Positions 50,013 through 63,643 of a stretch of 64,000 nucleotides of DNA are shown in pieces; the first letter of the stretch is position 1; each line of letters begins with the position of its first letter. The notes beneath the pieces were generated by a model that was not told the DNA's origin, did not search any database, and saw only the letters and a program-made list of their open reading frames with translations. This DNA comes from Camelus ferus (Eukaryota): NCBI RefSeq assembly GCF_009834535.1, contig NC_045707.1, forward strand, positions 56,360,001-56,424,000, given 5' to 3'. The position numbers and the translations under genes were made by a program.

Positions 50013-51801
50013 AAGGCAGTGCAATTGCCCAACCAGATTTTGGGGAAACAATTTCATTTATACTACTACTTTCCCAAGTGAGAAAGACTTAAAAAGATCT
50101 TTTTTAGTCCATACAGCTTTGGGGTATTTGGGGGAGACTATTTCAGTAGGAGAGAAAAAACTTCCATTTGGACACCTCCGTTTTGCTTCTGCCGTGACAG
50201 ACCTACATATTTTTAAGTGCATCCTTACACTTTGCTTGACTAAGAATGTGAGGTTCTGAATATCATGAATTCCATCTTGTTACAATGACTGTCACACATG
50301 GTTTAGCCCCAAACTCTGGTTCTATATATTCTTATATTCTTCCCACCCACAATGGAAAAAGAAAAGAGTTATACTGGTGTGTGCTGCCTGCCCAATTTAG
50401 CTGCTAACTGTCCACCCACTGTTCTTTCCTTTTTGCCTTACGCCTATGCTGCAGTTTGAGTGATCAAATTAAAAGACAGGTCTAATTAACTGTAAGAACT
50501 TTGTAAGATTCTAACTAGAAAATCTGCTGCTTCTGGCTCACTTTTTTTTCCCCTCACAGAGAAACTGCTTTGTACTTACAGCTTATTACTGTTTGATAAT
50601 TTGTACAGTATTTGCCTACATACACATATACACATTCAACTGATTCAACTGATTTTATTCTAACACTTCAATCCACATGCCTATATTCTGTGGCACGATA
50701 TGGTTGCATAGCAACCTTTGCAAGTTGTGAACAAAAAAACACCTTGTTATTGGGTTCTAGGAGAGAGATTTTCAAGTACCATCGAGCCAGGAGTTCCATA
50801 AATAAGAATTTTTTTCTTATACTTTGGTGGAAGTATATTTTAAAAGGGAGGATTGGCATCTGTGATAAATCAGAGAGAAACAGAACCTTCAGACACCAAC
50901 ACAAGGCTGATAAACCAACTGGCTTGATGGATTCTAAGATATTTTCCTTTGTTAAACATGAGTTAATGTTGGACTTGAGTTTCAAATGGTTTGAGTATAG
51001 ATGTTTATTTTTAACATGATTAGACTAATTCACTCATACACTGAAGCAACCATCCTTCTACCTATGATGCCAGGTGCTGGCAGTAAAGATGTATCAGACA
51101 CAAACACTATACAAATAAATTTCATAGATTCTGGTTTACCCCTTGGATCTGGCTGAAGGTAAAGAGGTCAGAAGGCTCAGTGCCTGAGGACTCTCCTCTT
51201 TCATTACAAGGATTGTTTATTCTTTCAGAATAAAATCTGTAAATCTGTGGTCTTGCTGTGGGAAGTCTGACTTAAAGGAATCCAGTTTGAAAATATGTGC
51301 TTTTTTTCTTATTATTCAAACAAGTTGCTATTTGTAGTGTTGACAACCTAATTTTATATTCACTGTCTGCCTGAATGTCCCTAATTAAAACACACTTACA
51401 CAGGGGTAACTCGGTTTCTGACCACAGCACACCAGGGAGAACTTTCTGGTGCTGTGGTCTTCACCTGGCTGCATGGTGCTCTACCTGTTTGAGTCATCCT
51501 CTTGCATTCTATTCCTCTAATGTTTCTGAAGCACTTGTTTTCTGTGTGAGTTGCTTATTATTGTCCATCTAAGGAGCTTCAGTTTGCTAAAACGTAGTGG
51601 TCACAATAACTATTTTCATTCATTCTGAATTTAGACCCTGTCCATTAAAATTGTATTTCAGAAAATCGTTTTGGTGTTAATGGACTGTTACTGATGTTCT
51701 GAGACTGCACTGTTGATGAGAGCTATGTTTCACATTTCACACTCAGAAAGAGTCAAGCGCAGGACTTTTTTTGACTCTGGGTCTAATGTCTGTAATAAAC
51801 T

Positions 51802-52213
51802 TGTGATGGTTAATTTTATGTGTCAGCATGACTGGGCCACAGGATGCCCAGGCAGCTGGTTAAACATTATTTCTGGGTGTGTCTGTGAGGATGCTTCTGG
51901 AAGAAATCAGCACTTGAATTAGTGAACTGAGTCAAGTGGATGGCCTTTTCCAGTGTGGGTGGACGTCCTCCAATCCACTGGGGGCTCGATTTGAATAAAA
52001 AAAGGCACAGGAAGGTTGAATTCAGTCTTTCTCTGCCTCACTTGAGCTGGAACACTGATTTCTGCCCTTCATGCTCCTGGCTCTCAGGTCTTACATAATC
52101 AGCTCTCCAGCTCTCCAGCCACTGAGCTGCACCGCCGGCCTCTTGGCTCTCCAGCTTGTGGAACTTCTCAGCCTCCTTTAGTTCTGTTTCTCTGGAGAAC
52201 CCTGACTAATGAA
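51802..52213 (+). mobile_element. MLT2B-like ERVL solo LTR
   Basis: tgtgatggttaattttatgtgtca...ttctgtttctctggagaaccctgactaat. Perfect 5-bp TSD AAACT (51797-51801 / 52214-52218). Confidence 0.95.
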
Positions 52214-52269
52214 AAACTCTAGGATCAAGACCATATAAAATCAATTATCTAATGGAGGGAAAGTATAAG

Positions 52270-52490
52270 TAATATTAAATGAGCTCCTACTATGTGTCAG
52301 TGTCTATTCACACACTGTTTTCACTAAATGCTTGTAGTGCTAAGGTGGGTGTTATTGTATGACTGTTAACTGATGAGATAAGTACATTTCAAAGACACTG
52401 AGAAAACTGACCTATGTCACATAGCTAAGAGTAGGAGAGGTGGTATTCAAGCCTGTCTGCCTGACTTCCAAAACTCATTCCTACCACCCC
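52270..52490 (-). mobile_element. MIR SINE
   Basis: 'gagctcctactatgtgtcag...tgacctatgtcacatagctaag...attcaagcc...tctgcctgacttcca'. Confidence 0.7.
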
Positions 52491-52764
52491 ATTCTGAGGT
52501 CCAGAGAGCTAACATTTATTGATTACCTACTTTCTGTCAGACACTGGCTGGAAGAGTCATATGTATTTTATGAATAATAGATTGTATAAGGTGCTCTGGA
52601 TGCAGCAGAGAATTCTAAGGCATGGCTTGTGAACTCAAAGACCTTGTAGTATATTTAAGATTAAATAGGCAACACTAAAGTGCCTGCGAAGTGGAGAGCA
52701 CTGCTGTAGGAGCTGAACTGCTTTCAACTCTATGTTTTCTATGACCTTTTGAATCTTGAATGAC

Positions 52765-52970
52765 TGTGGTAGAAATGGGTGGATCCCAGCTCTGTCATGT
52801 ATTAGATGTGTGATTCTGGGCAAATTACCTACCTCTTTGCACCTAAGTTTCTCCATTTGTAAAATGTACATAATCGTAATGCTCAGTTCATGAGTCTGTT
52901 GTGACAATAAAAATGAGAACTTAGAGTGCTTTGAAGTTATGTTACTAGGTACACACAAGTTATTGTATAA
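52765..52970 (+). mobile_element. MIR SINE
   Basis: 'atcccagctctgtca...tgtgtgattctgggcaaattacctacctct...gtttctccatttgtaaaatg'. Confidence 0.85.
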
Positions 52971-52984
52971 CTATAACATCTTCC

Positions 52985-54590
52985 TGGTGAACCTTTCCTT
53001 TTATCATACCATTACTCTTTATGTCTAATAACACTTTCACATATTTTTTCTTTTGTCTGTAAATTGTTTTGTCTTATGCTAGTTTTCTTTTGATTAGAAT
53101 TTGCTACTAGTAGTATTTGATAGTATTTGCTATCTTTTTTTTTTCTCCTATCCTTTTACCCGCAATTGTTTGGGGTCCATATGTCTTAGGGATTTAAAAA
53201 TTACATTTATGCTTATGTAATTATTATCAATTTTTATCTATCTTGACCATTTTATTTAATGATGTTTTTCCTGTGCTTGTATTTTCCTTCTTATGTGTTC
53301 TATTGGATTGACAGAATTTGTCTTTTAATCTCTTTATTCATTTGGAAATTATGTATTTCCATTGAAATGAGATTATCTATTTCTTTTGTTACCCTTAATA
53401 TTTAAACAAATATATTTAAGCAAATTTTAAAAAATTAGAATTGCTGCTCCCTTTCCAACCAATATAACTGACTTGGAATGCTTTCTCTTTCTTAACTCTT
53501 ATCATGTTTTCCATGTCATTGTGATCAAATGTTGTTAGTTCCACCTTTAGATTTTCTATTCCACCTACAGATTTTATATCCCCTAAATTAATCATTATTC
53601 TTCTATATAGTCATTGCTTTCTTGGTAATTTTCTCAACACTGCCTAACAATTCACTAATCATGTTTTCAGCTTCATTTAATTTTCTGTTTTTACTCTTGA
53701 TTAAATTTTTAATTTCTAAAACTTCTATTTGGTTCTTTTTCAAATCTGCCTGGATTTTTCTGATTGTATTTGCTATTTTTATTTAGGTTTTTCATTCCCT
53801 TCTATATATACTAAATCACTTAAATACACTTAGTATTTTATATAAGATTGTTCTGAAGTCTTGAAGGTCTTACCTGCTGTTTATAGTATCTGCTGATTCT
53901 TGCTCTCAGTGGATGATTTCTTTACATTCTTTCTAACTTTGGACTGCTTATCCTCTGCAGGCTGTCTTTTATTGCCTGGGTTTAGGGTGTATCCTTTAAG
54001 AATGACTTTTTCATTTAATGCTATCAAGAGTCTTAAAGATTTATTAGCCACTGGCCAACATTTTATATTAATTTCAAGCTTTCGAGATTTGGATTCAGCA
54101 TCCTGTGGGAATTCAAACACCAAACTTGACTGAGGTCAGGACTATGGTTACAAATTCTTAGCAGAGATTTCTTTTCCTCTCGCTCACAGAACCAGACTAG
54201 AAGAACAGATGTGCTACCTTTTCACTTCCCTCTGGTGGGTGCATTTTTATAGCCTACCGTGTTGTGTGAAGGTGTCCCCTTTGAGGATCCTAGTTTTACA
54301 GGGGAGGGTCAAGAGTACAAGGCAGGTAATCCATCAGGCCCTTGGTTAGAGCAACAGTACACTTCACCTATGCATCCCACCAACTTGGTATTTATGGTAT
54401 TTACAGTTCTGGATTTTAGTTCACTCTTAACTTTTGAATTACTCTTTACTTTTTTCAAATTTCCTTGAAATGTTGATGCTTTCTTCTGACCTACCATGTA
54501 TTTAAAAATGTTTCTTATATTTATCCAATGTGCTTATGGATTTTGCAGTTTGAGGGCTTATAGATTTTCCAGTTTACCATATTGCAAGAA
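52985..54590 (-). mobile_element. Ancient L1M fragment(s), highly degenerate
   Basis: T-rich tract with old-L1 motifs 'gctagttttcttttgattagaatttgc' and 'ttctaaaacttctatttggttctttttcaaatctgcctg'. Confidence 0.55.
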
Positions 54591-54689
54591 ATGCACCTAC
54601 ACTCATGGAAAGTAGAAAGTGGATTCTAAAAGCAGTAGAGTTTGTTATGGCAGTGATAAGGAAAGTTCTGAGTTCTTATAGCACATTTT

Positions 54690-55320
54690 CCACATTGTAT
54701 CCATGCCATTCTTTCTAAATCACAAATCTTACTATGCCATTGCCTAAAAACCCTTTAGTGACTTCCCACTGCTCTTGGTAAAAATTCTAATTCTCTTAGC
54801 ATGTCTTTCACTGAATTTCATTATTTGCCCCCTCCTTGCCCATCCAGTTCTCTCTTTCCATGCAGTGTTTTCACGCAGCTAGAATTAATTTCCTTAACCT
54901 TTTCAAGTTTGTCATTTTGTTTTCACCTCCACCCTTTTTACCCCACTGATCCCTCCCCTTCCCCTCCCCTGAGAAAAACACAGATTTTTTCTCATCTCTC
55001 TCCTTCATCCCAACTCCCAACTGATGATTGTCTAATTTTTCAGGATTGAGTTTAAGCATCACTTCCTCCAAGGAGCTTGTCTTGACTCTCCCTCCCCAGA
55101 ACATGTATTTCCATTACATGTTCTTATAGCATCCTATACTTCTTATTTCCTCTATCATGTCACTAAAATAGCATTTATTTATACTTGATAGTTTATTGGT
55201 CATTCTTGCTAGTCTCTAAATTCCATGAAAGTAGACACCCAAATTATTTCCTCATTACTGATTCTCTATATTCTAGCATGATATATTGTAGGCAATTAGT
55301 AAATATCTGTTGAATATTCA
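54690..55320 (+). mobile_element. L2 3' region
   Basis: 'ctttctaaatcacaaatct...aaaccctttagtgacttcccactgctct...catcacttcctccaagg...taaatatctgttgaat'. Confidence 0.75.
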
Positions 55321-56927
55321 AATTATAACTGCTATGGCTATTATCATTTACAGTGGCTATTATTTATGTGCCTAGTACAGGGTAGAAATTATAGGCATTA
55401 TGCTGTTACAGGGAAGCTTTAATTTGGGGTTACTTATGAGAGCCTTTCACAAATAGAAAATGGCTATGTCCTATAATTTTAATTATCTACTTTGTGAGGC
55501 TGTGTATTCAGGTCTATCATACTGAGTACAGAAAATTTTGACTATGGTGACTACTTTTAAATGGGTCAAATCAAATGGGTCATTTTGTGGAAAGAATCCT
55601 TGATGATGATACTGGTACAAAGGCGATTAAATTCACTCATACGTTCCCCTATGGTTGTGCCATGTATGTTGGCATGAAGAGTAGGAAGAGCCTTGAAATT
55701 TTTCAGGGTAGTCTTTCTTTCAGGCATGGACATCACACTTAGTACTTACTGAAATACCAGATGGCAAATATGAGTGAGGAAAAATCCAGACAGATATTGT
55801 GGGATGTGTTAATGGCTCCAGGTAAGGCTATGGCATCACTAGAATAGGTGTCCATGGGCCTTCATGGAAAGGACTTATGGACAGAGATGCACATACTGAA
55901 GAATTCCAATAACGGAATATGTTTATGGGTGCAAAGAGGAAGTAGTGTGAATATCAGCAAATCAGCTGGACAGCTAGATCAGTTTGTATTGTTGCTACAT
56001 GAGGAAAGGTGAGGTTCAAGGTAGACTGAATGAGGGTGAATTCCTTGTTCAGAAATAGGGCAGAGACTATTTTTAGGGATTAGTACTTCCAGCACAATCT
56101 GACATTCTTGCTTTCAAGTTCGCTATCTGGCTTAGATATCTAGGTTTTAGGTTAGATTTCTAGGTTTATCAATAATCTTGGAGTTGAGATACACAAAGAC
56201 CAGCAATTGTCATCTTTGTCACCACTTCACTACACAATTTATGAAGTTTTAAGCTGTGGCAATAGGTTGCATTTTTTATACTGTGACATATCTCTGCCCT
56301 CTTGGTAAAGACATCCCATCTTAAATGTGGTTCTTGAGGTTTTATTATCCACATGGAGCAGATAGTTGTGTTCTGTGGGACTGAGCTCCTTTAAGAATCA
56401 CATGCAGAGGAACAGGAGCCAAAATTTAGAGTTCCTCTGGGCCTCCACAGCATCCATGGTCATTTAGGTCCATCAATCTCAATCACAAGCAGCTGAGAAA
56501 GTTTTCAAAGTGAAATTTAAATTACAGACACTGGAGAATATATTATGCTATCAGGAATCACTGAAATGATGAATTCTTATTCAGAGGATGTGTGAAAAGG
56601 ACTGGGTGATGTCAAAGATGAGAAATAAGAACCAATAATAAAAACCAGAGATTTTGGGAATCATTGAATGCTCTCATAGGTAAGTGAATTACTATAATGC
56701 TAATTTTTTTCAGATGTATTTGGACTCCCTTAAGGAACTAGATATGACACTCAACACTAGTCAATTAAGTACATCTTGCTCAGATCTTATATGCAAATGA
56801 TGCTGACCTAGACAAATGGACCTAGATTAACAGGCAGAAATGAATTTTTGAGTTGAGAGCATGTGAGTATATTTAGTTGACTAAGTTGTCATTCAGAGAG
56901 CAGATTATTCCTTGGCCTAGAAGCCTC

Positions 56928-56951
56928 TGTGTGTGTGTGTGTGTGTGTGTG
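56928..56951. repeat. (TG)12 microsatellite
   Basis: Perfect run. Confidence 0.95.
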
Positions 56952-57629
56952 GTGAGTGGGGACAACAACCCTCGACAAATTGTGGGTACATTTCATAGGC
57001 CAAAGGTCATCACTGGATATACAAGTGTTCCAATGTATTTTTATAAGGTGTATTATTTTGATTGCATATAATGAACCCCACTTATATCAATTTATGGAAA
57101 AAAAAAAACATTGGAAGGATTCTGGGAAAGTTTTTAGAGTCCAAGGTGGAGCTAAACATCAGCTTCAGGAAGGCAGGAATAGGACAATTCTGGGGTCCAT
57201 AGATACTGATTCAGGGTCTTGAATATCAAGAGGATGGTTTTGTTTCTTGCCTTTTCCTCTGTATTTTGTCATGCAAATGAACTCTTTGTCCAGGAGCAGG
57301 GGAGGGTTGTACATGACTCCTAGCAGCTTTTAGTGCTTCTTGCAACTTAGTTATTAGATAGTAAAAATCCTTTGTCCCACATTCTGCTCCAGTTACTAAA
57401 ACACCCAGGGAAGGGCTTGGACTGGTCAGAGGTGGGTCCTGTGCCTGGCCCAAAGGGATGTGGGTTGGGTCTCATTGGAAACATATATTTCTTTTGTCTT
57501 GAATTTACTTTTACTCTATGACCTTCCCCTTCCCTTTAGCTCAAGATGCTAAACATGATTCATCCATCATTGGGTGACTGGGGCGAGGAGTGAGTTGTTC
57601 TGGAATAGAGGAAAAAGGATGAATTTTTA

Positions 57630-58871
57630 CTGTTATACTTAGACAAAAAGCTACGATCCAGACATCAGACCACATATGTGGGAGAACTCTTGCTAACTTA
57701 ATTTTTATCAGTTTTTATAGTTGCAGTTCCGAGGGATAGAAGAGTTGGAGAAGAAAGAAACTCCCAAGAATGAATGAAAGACCCGCACACTTTGCCTCCT
57801 GTTCTGGGCGTAGTTCCAAGCTGAGTGGTACAAGATCAACACCCCACACTAGGTCTGGAGATGTGAAATAAAAGGGGACTTTCTACCGGGTTACCTGGGT
57901 GGCAGAATGGTACGTCCCTCTGATGACCATGGTGTGGGAAAATAGAACTGGAACAATTGTATCATGTGCCTGGGCAAAAGAGTGTGCGGTAGACTCATTC
58001 AATTGATGTAATTAAGCCTTTTTACAAGGGAGGCTCTCCAGAAGCAGACGCTAAGATGGAGTTTGGGTGCAAGATGTTTATTAGGGGTGTAACATCTTTA
58101 AAAGGAAGAGGGAGAAAAGCAGGATAGGATAGAAGAAGTCCAACCATGATACAGCCTTGACCAACCTCATGGGAAGCTTTGGAACAAGAATTGCCAGTTT
58201 CCTAGGCTGTCTGAAATGGCTGAGCCTCTATCCCCACACCTTGCTCTATCATTGGGTGTGGACCACCCAGCAATGCATGTGACCCCAGGCAAAGCAGCTT
58301 ACTGCAGCCGAAGCCAATCAAGAAAACGCTAACAGCTAGGCTAGACCCTACACCTTCCTTTTAAAGTTGACTTGAAGGTGCATCTTGTATTTATATAAGC
58401 TCTCAAGGGATACAGGAAGTAGCCACTGTTTTTCTTTTGGGGATGAGAATGATGAGGACCTAAAGGATCTTGTGGTGATGACAGTGCTGCAGAGCAGAAA
58501 ACAACCATAGCTTATGCTGTTGTTGACCCAGTGAGAAGGCAGAATCCCTCAGCAGTTGCCAGTGTAACAAAAGGAACATATCAAAAGACCCAGCAGGATA
58601 TGAACTTTAATAGATGAGAAAATAAAACATTCCTATTTCTTACCTCTACCTCCAACCTCTACCTCTCTGTCATGGTGTTGTGTAAGCCTTCTCGAATTCA
58701 TGTCATTCGGGGAGAAGGTCTGAAATAACTGACTTGGAATTGAATATGACTATGTTTTTCCATCAGGTAAAATGTTGATTTAAAATGGAGATGAAGGTGA
58801 GTTATAGAAAAATAAAAATTCTAATTTGCATATCCAGAGACGTGGCCAAGAAAATTCATAACTATCTTACA
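57630..58871 (+). mobile_element. Ancient Gypsy-like LTR (MamGypLTR-like) interrupted by LTR16
   Basis: The 3' end 'gttatagaaaaataaa...ttgcatatccagag...attcataactatcttaca' resembles MamGypLTR termini. The 5' boundary is uncertain. Confidence 0.55.
58032..58390 (-). mobile_element. LTR16-like ERVL LTR
   Basis: 'ctccagaagcagacgctaagatggagtttgggtgcaagatgtttattagggg...gaaatggctgagcc...tcattggg'. Confidence 0.75.
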
Positions 58872-59069
58872 GTAATTGAAATAAAACTGAATTCTTGCTG
58901 TTTACATTTATTAGGAGAATATGAATGGTTCTCCAAGTTTTGGTTAAGTCGGAACAATTACGTTTTATACAAATCAGACTTCTTTCAAAATGTTTGATAG
59001 TATTTAGGTCTTATATGCTTACTTGACAAGAGTGCAGTGTTGTGACATTATTTAGACACATGCCCACCT

Positions 59070-59382
59070 CACAGCCCTTTCCATTGTATTCTTTCATTCT
59101 GGAATGATCTTCAACAGCATCTTAGTCTTCTATGCCATTTTGTTTCTTGCTCAAATGTCACTTCCTCAGACAGCTATTCCTTAGATAACTTATTCATGTT
59201 TCCTTAACATGCTTTAACTTTCTTCAGCTGTTTATCGCTACCTGACATTATATTCTGTTATTTGTATGCTGTGTCCTCACAATAAAGGACACTGTGAGGG
59301 CAGCACACTCTTCATCATCTTCACACCCTCAGTTCTCACCACCTGGTAGATGATCAACAAATATTTGTTGAATAAATGATTG
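59070..59382 (+). mobile_element. L2 3' end
   Basis: 'gctcaaatgtcacttcctcaga...tgtgagggcag...caacaaatatttgttgaataaatga'. Confidence 0.8.
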
Positions 59383-61029
59383 ATGGTATTTACAGATTTG
59401 CCAATTCTGGAAATTCACTTAAATTGCCTCTAATGGGGAAAATTATACAAATTATTTTACTTCACATATCTTCCTATATGAAAAACTTCTGAATCCATTT
59501 AAAATAATGCCCCTGAAAAAATTTAAAATATGAAGGCACTAAAATGGCCTCATTCTCATCCTCCAATTTTCAAGCAGCATTCAATTGGAGCTTCAAATAT
59601 ACATCTTTCTAGATGGCTGAATTACAATGAAATATTGTCAAAAGCAACACTGGATTAGCATTGTTAATCAGACATATTTGTATTCCCAGGTTTCATGCAC
59701 ATAGCAAGATCACATTTTGCTAAACAGAGGTGAGACATTTTTGAGTATAGCTTAGCAGTGGGAAAATGGCATTGGGGGGGGGGTCAAAGGTAAAGGTAAA
59801 GTTGGAAAACCAGGTTTTCCAACTGTGAGATTTAAAAGGAAAAGGTATTTTTTCTTTTTCTTTCCCTTCATCCTCCTCTTCCTCTAGTTCTCTTATTATT
59901 CTTCTCTTCTCCCCGCCCCCCCCCCCTTTCTCCTCTTCCTTCTTAAATCCTTCTGTGAAGGTATCCCACTGGGTGGGAGTATGGAGCTAGTTTTATCAGA
60001 AAAGAGCAATGGAAAACAACACTTAAAAATAGTGTGGCTGTTTCAAGATATTAATACTACTATTCTTAGAAAGTCTTTTTGTATTTTTAGATCTTCCACA
60101 GACTGAGGGGAGAAATGACAAACGGCATCTGGGATGTAGATATATGACAGATTGGCAAGACTTGTCCAGACAGGACAGTCAGTGCTTTATTTTACTTCAA
60201 ATGTCTTCAGCTTATAAGTAGAGGATCAGTGAAAAAAGTGTTCTAGAATTAATTGTGTTTTTTCTGACATGTTTCCTTAGCTTATTTATTAATTTTCTAG
60301 TCACATAAATTATACAATTTTTGTCTTTATTTCACCAAGATTTGTTGGGGGGAAGTGATAATGGATTACTGAAATAATATCGCTCAGAGGAGTTTAATAT
60401 GAGCAGAGGATAATGCTCTATATTAAAGTATGATACATTATTTTGAATTGATGCCTTAATAAATCACATTTATCTTAGAAAAAAATCTTGTGTGTTACTG
60501 ACCATGGATAATATTATCTATATCTCATTTTTATGTATTAAGATACATCTCAAAAAACAGTGCAAATGTCATAGCAATACAATTTAAAATTACTATACAT
60601 ATAAATGCCTGTTTATTGACTGGGACTTTGCATATAATTAAATGCAATAATCAAGCAGGTGTCAGAATAAATATATGCATTTCTATTTTTTTAGAAAGAA
60701 AATATAAATTTAATTTAATAAATTCCAGAGGGACGCATTACCAAGAGAAGCCTGCCAGTTAAGATTTGTTACTATGATGGTATGACGGTAGACAAACCAT
60801 TTCCATGGTAATTTAAACAGCTTTGGGCATAAGAGGCGGGAATAAATACCTTAAATTCAGTATAGATGTGAAAAACAAGTCACTATGTACTCTGATGTAT
60901 TCAGTGTGATGGAAGAGTAATTTGCTTTAATCCTCTGCAGAAACAACTCTGGGCTCCAAAAAGGGCAGACAGTTGAGAAGTAAGCAGAATAGTGCTCCAA
61001 GTACAGCCAGAGTGATCTATCAAAACGTA

Positions 61030-61515
61030 AATCTTTTAATGTCACCACTTTGCATCTTTATAAAGACACAAATCTATGTAGTGCTTTCTTGTGGTTCAAG
61101 ACTGAAATCTTTCTCCTGGATTCACAAGGCTCTTTATAGTGTCATTCCACCTTTTTTCCAGGCTCTGTTTCAATCACACTTTCTTTTTCCTCTGTTCCAA
61201 TAACACTAGACTTCTTTTATTTACTAAAATGAGCCATGAGAGTCTCTTTCCTGCTGCTGGGCAGCCAGGGAAGGCCTGGGCTCCCTTGCCCACTTAATTC
61301 CCTTTCATCCATCAGATTTCAAACATCACTTTATCGGGGAGGCCTTCTCAGGACTCTCAGTTCAGCCCCCAGCTGCAAACTATCAAGGCACCATGTACGT
61401 TTCCTTTGCTGTATGATTATTTGATTAATGTATTTTATAAAACTTGACTGTAAGCTCTAGGTGGGCAGGGACTGGGTCAGATTTTAGTCATCACTGAACT
61501 CACAGCTCTAGTATT
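61030..61515 (+). mobile_element. L2 3' region
   Basis: 'cacaaggctctttata...aaacatcactt...gaggccttctc...gactgtaagctctaggtgggcagggact'. Confidence 0.75.
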
Positions 61516-62376
61516 TTATCTATGACCCCATTCCCTCTCTCACTCCCTCATTGTATCCTGCCTGTTTTGGAATACTGACTTTGAGATCCCTGTAATCCTC
61601 TATGCAACACCAGTTCCTCCCCTTCAACGTACAGCTAGAGGTTGGGGCTACACATCAAACCCTGAGAGATAGTCTACCATCAAGAAAAGTGAGGTGGCAT
61701 TTGAAAGGAACTTGGTAGCAGTGTATGCAAAAAGCTGTAGCCTTTCACAAACTGTCTTAGTTCAATTTATCGAAGGACAAGAAAATAAATGTAGAAGAAA
61801 ACCCCATTTCAAAACAAGAAAACCAAAGCAGTTGAAAATTTGCAAGCCATATTTTGGACTATACATGTGACATGGCCTTCTATGCTGAATTTGCTGCAGT
61901 TGTCCATTTTACAATAAATGCAATAGAATAAAGTTTAAGACTGGAACACAAAAAGTGAAAAAATGTTCTCCATAATTAGTACTTTTTTTCCCCCTTGGTT
62001 AGTATTAAGGCCATTATCTGAGACCAAAATGACACCAATGTGAGGGTCACTGTGCTTTAATTGGGAGAAAACAGTGAGAAAAGAAAAATAAACTCTTATG
62101 GTTTAATTACTAGTCGCATCAATTGTTATCCCTTCAGATATAAATACTTTCTTTATCACTTTCCTCAAAGTCCCTGAGAAGAGAGGTGATTACAATGCTT
62201 CCTATCTCCAAATGTGGGAAATTTATGTAATGAGAAATTGTTTCTTTTTTCTTTCTATAGCTTGCCAGACTAGAGGTCATCTAATCCAAGTTCCTCATTA
62301 GCAGGTGAGAAAATAATACTTGTATTGTGAATGCACAATATTGAGATAACTAGGTGATTTGTTCCATTTAAGTTGC

Positions 62377-62379
<3 letters not shown>

Positions 62380-62410
<31 letters not shown>
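62380..62410. repeat. (TG)15 microsatellite
   Basis: Perfect run. Confidence 0.97.
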
Positions 62411-62413
<3 letters not shown>

Positions 62414-62995
62414 TGTCTGTGTACATATGGATATCTGGACTTTTTTTACTGAAGTGGTTCATAGCTTACTAATTTCTCAAACATGTCTATACACCCACCA
62501 CCATCTTAAGAACCGGATATAAACTTATCAAATAGTCAGGGTCAAGAAATCCAAGGAAATTCAGTGAAAGGGGGAAGATGAAGAGAGAAGAAAGAAAGAC
62601 AGGAAACTTGAGAGTTCTATCTATTATGTTATTCATCTCCTTCTAAAGATATTTATATTATATTGCCTATGAAATCTGAGGCTCAATCTGGATTTGCTAA
62701 CATTGCTCTATATGAATATTGATACAGTATGTTTTATTATGATGAACCAAGAAACAGGTATATACACTGAGAAAAGTAGGAGGAAGTACAACTGTGTACT
62801 GACATCTGGGTAGGACTAGAAAAATGCTCTGGACTTAGAAAAAGCTACAGACAGAATACAAATGACAACTTGGACATATGATGTAGCACACTGACTACCA
62901 TATTATGATGAAAACCACAGCTGTATTAAAAAGTGGCTACAGTGATGAAATAATTATACATGGAAAACGTTTTAAATTTTAGAAAAAAGTAATGG

Positions 62996-63643
62996 GATCT
63001 TTTTAAAGAACTAGCATTTAGTTTCATTGATCTTTTCCTTTTTTTTTTTTTTGTCTCTATTTCATTTATTTCTGTTCTGATCTTTAAGGTTTCCTTCCTT
63101 CTACTAACTTTGGATTTTGTTTGTTTTTCTTTCTCTAGTTGCTTTAGGTGTAAGATTAGGTTGTTTATTTGAGATTTTTTTCTTGTTTCCTGAGGTAAGC
63201 TTGTATCACTAGAAACTTCCCTCTTAGAACTGCTTTTGCTGCATCCCATGGGTTTTGGATTGGCATGTTATCATGTTCATTTTTCTGTAGGTATTTTTTG
63301 ATTCCCTTTTTAATTTCCTTGTGATCCATTACTTGTTTAGTACCATATTGTTAAGCCTCCATATCTTTGGGTACTTTGCAGTTTTTTCCTTGAAGTTGAT
63401 TTCTAACCCCATAGTGTTGTGGTTGGAAATGATGCATGATATAATTTCAATTTTCTTAAATTTACTGAGGAGGGCATGGGCCAGCATGTGCTCTATTCTG
63501 GGGAGTGTTTCATGTGCACTTGAAAAGAATGTGTATTCTGCTGCTTTTGAATGGAATGCTCTATAAATATCAATTAAGTCTATCTGGTCTATCTGTCATT
63601 TAAGGCCTGTGTTTCCTTATTGAATTTCTGTCTGGCTGATCTG
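62996..63643 (-). mobile_element. Internal L1 ORF2 fragment (3' part of the endonuclease domain and following linker)
   Basis: The minus-strand translation includes ...DLIDIYRAFHSKAAEYTFFSSAH...WDAAKAVLRGKF... and KSQINNLILHLKQLEKEKQTKSKVSRRKETLKIRTEINEIE. Frameshifted, with no 3' UTR or poly(A). Confidence 0.95.

Noticed and set aside
56680..56713. Mini-intron GTAAGT...TTTTTTTCAG
   Set aside because: At about 34 nt it is too short for a mammalian spliceosomal intron, and the flanks have no sustained ORF.
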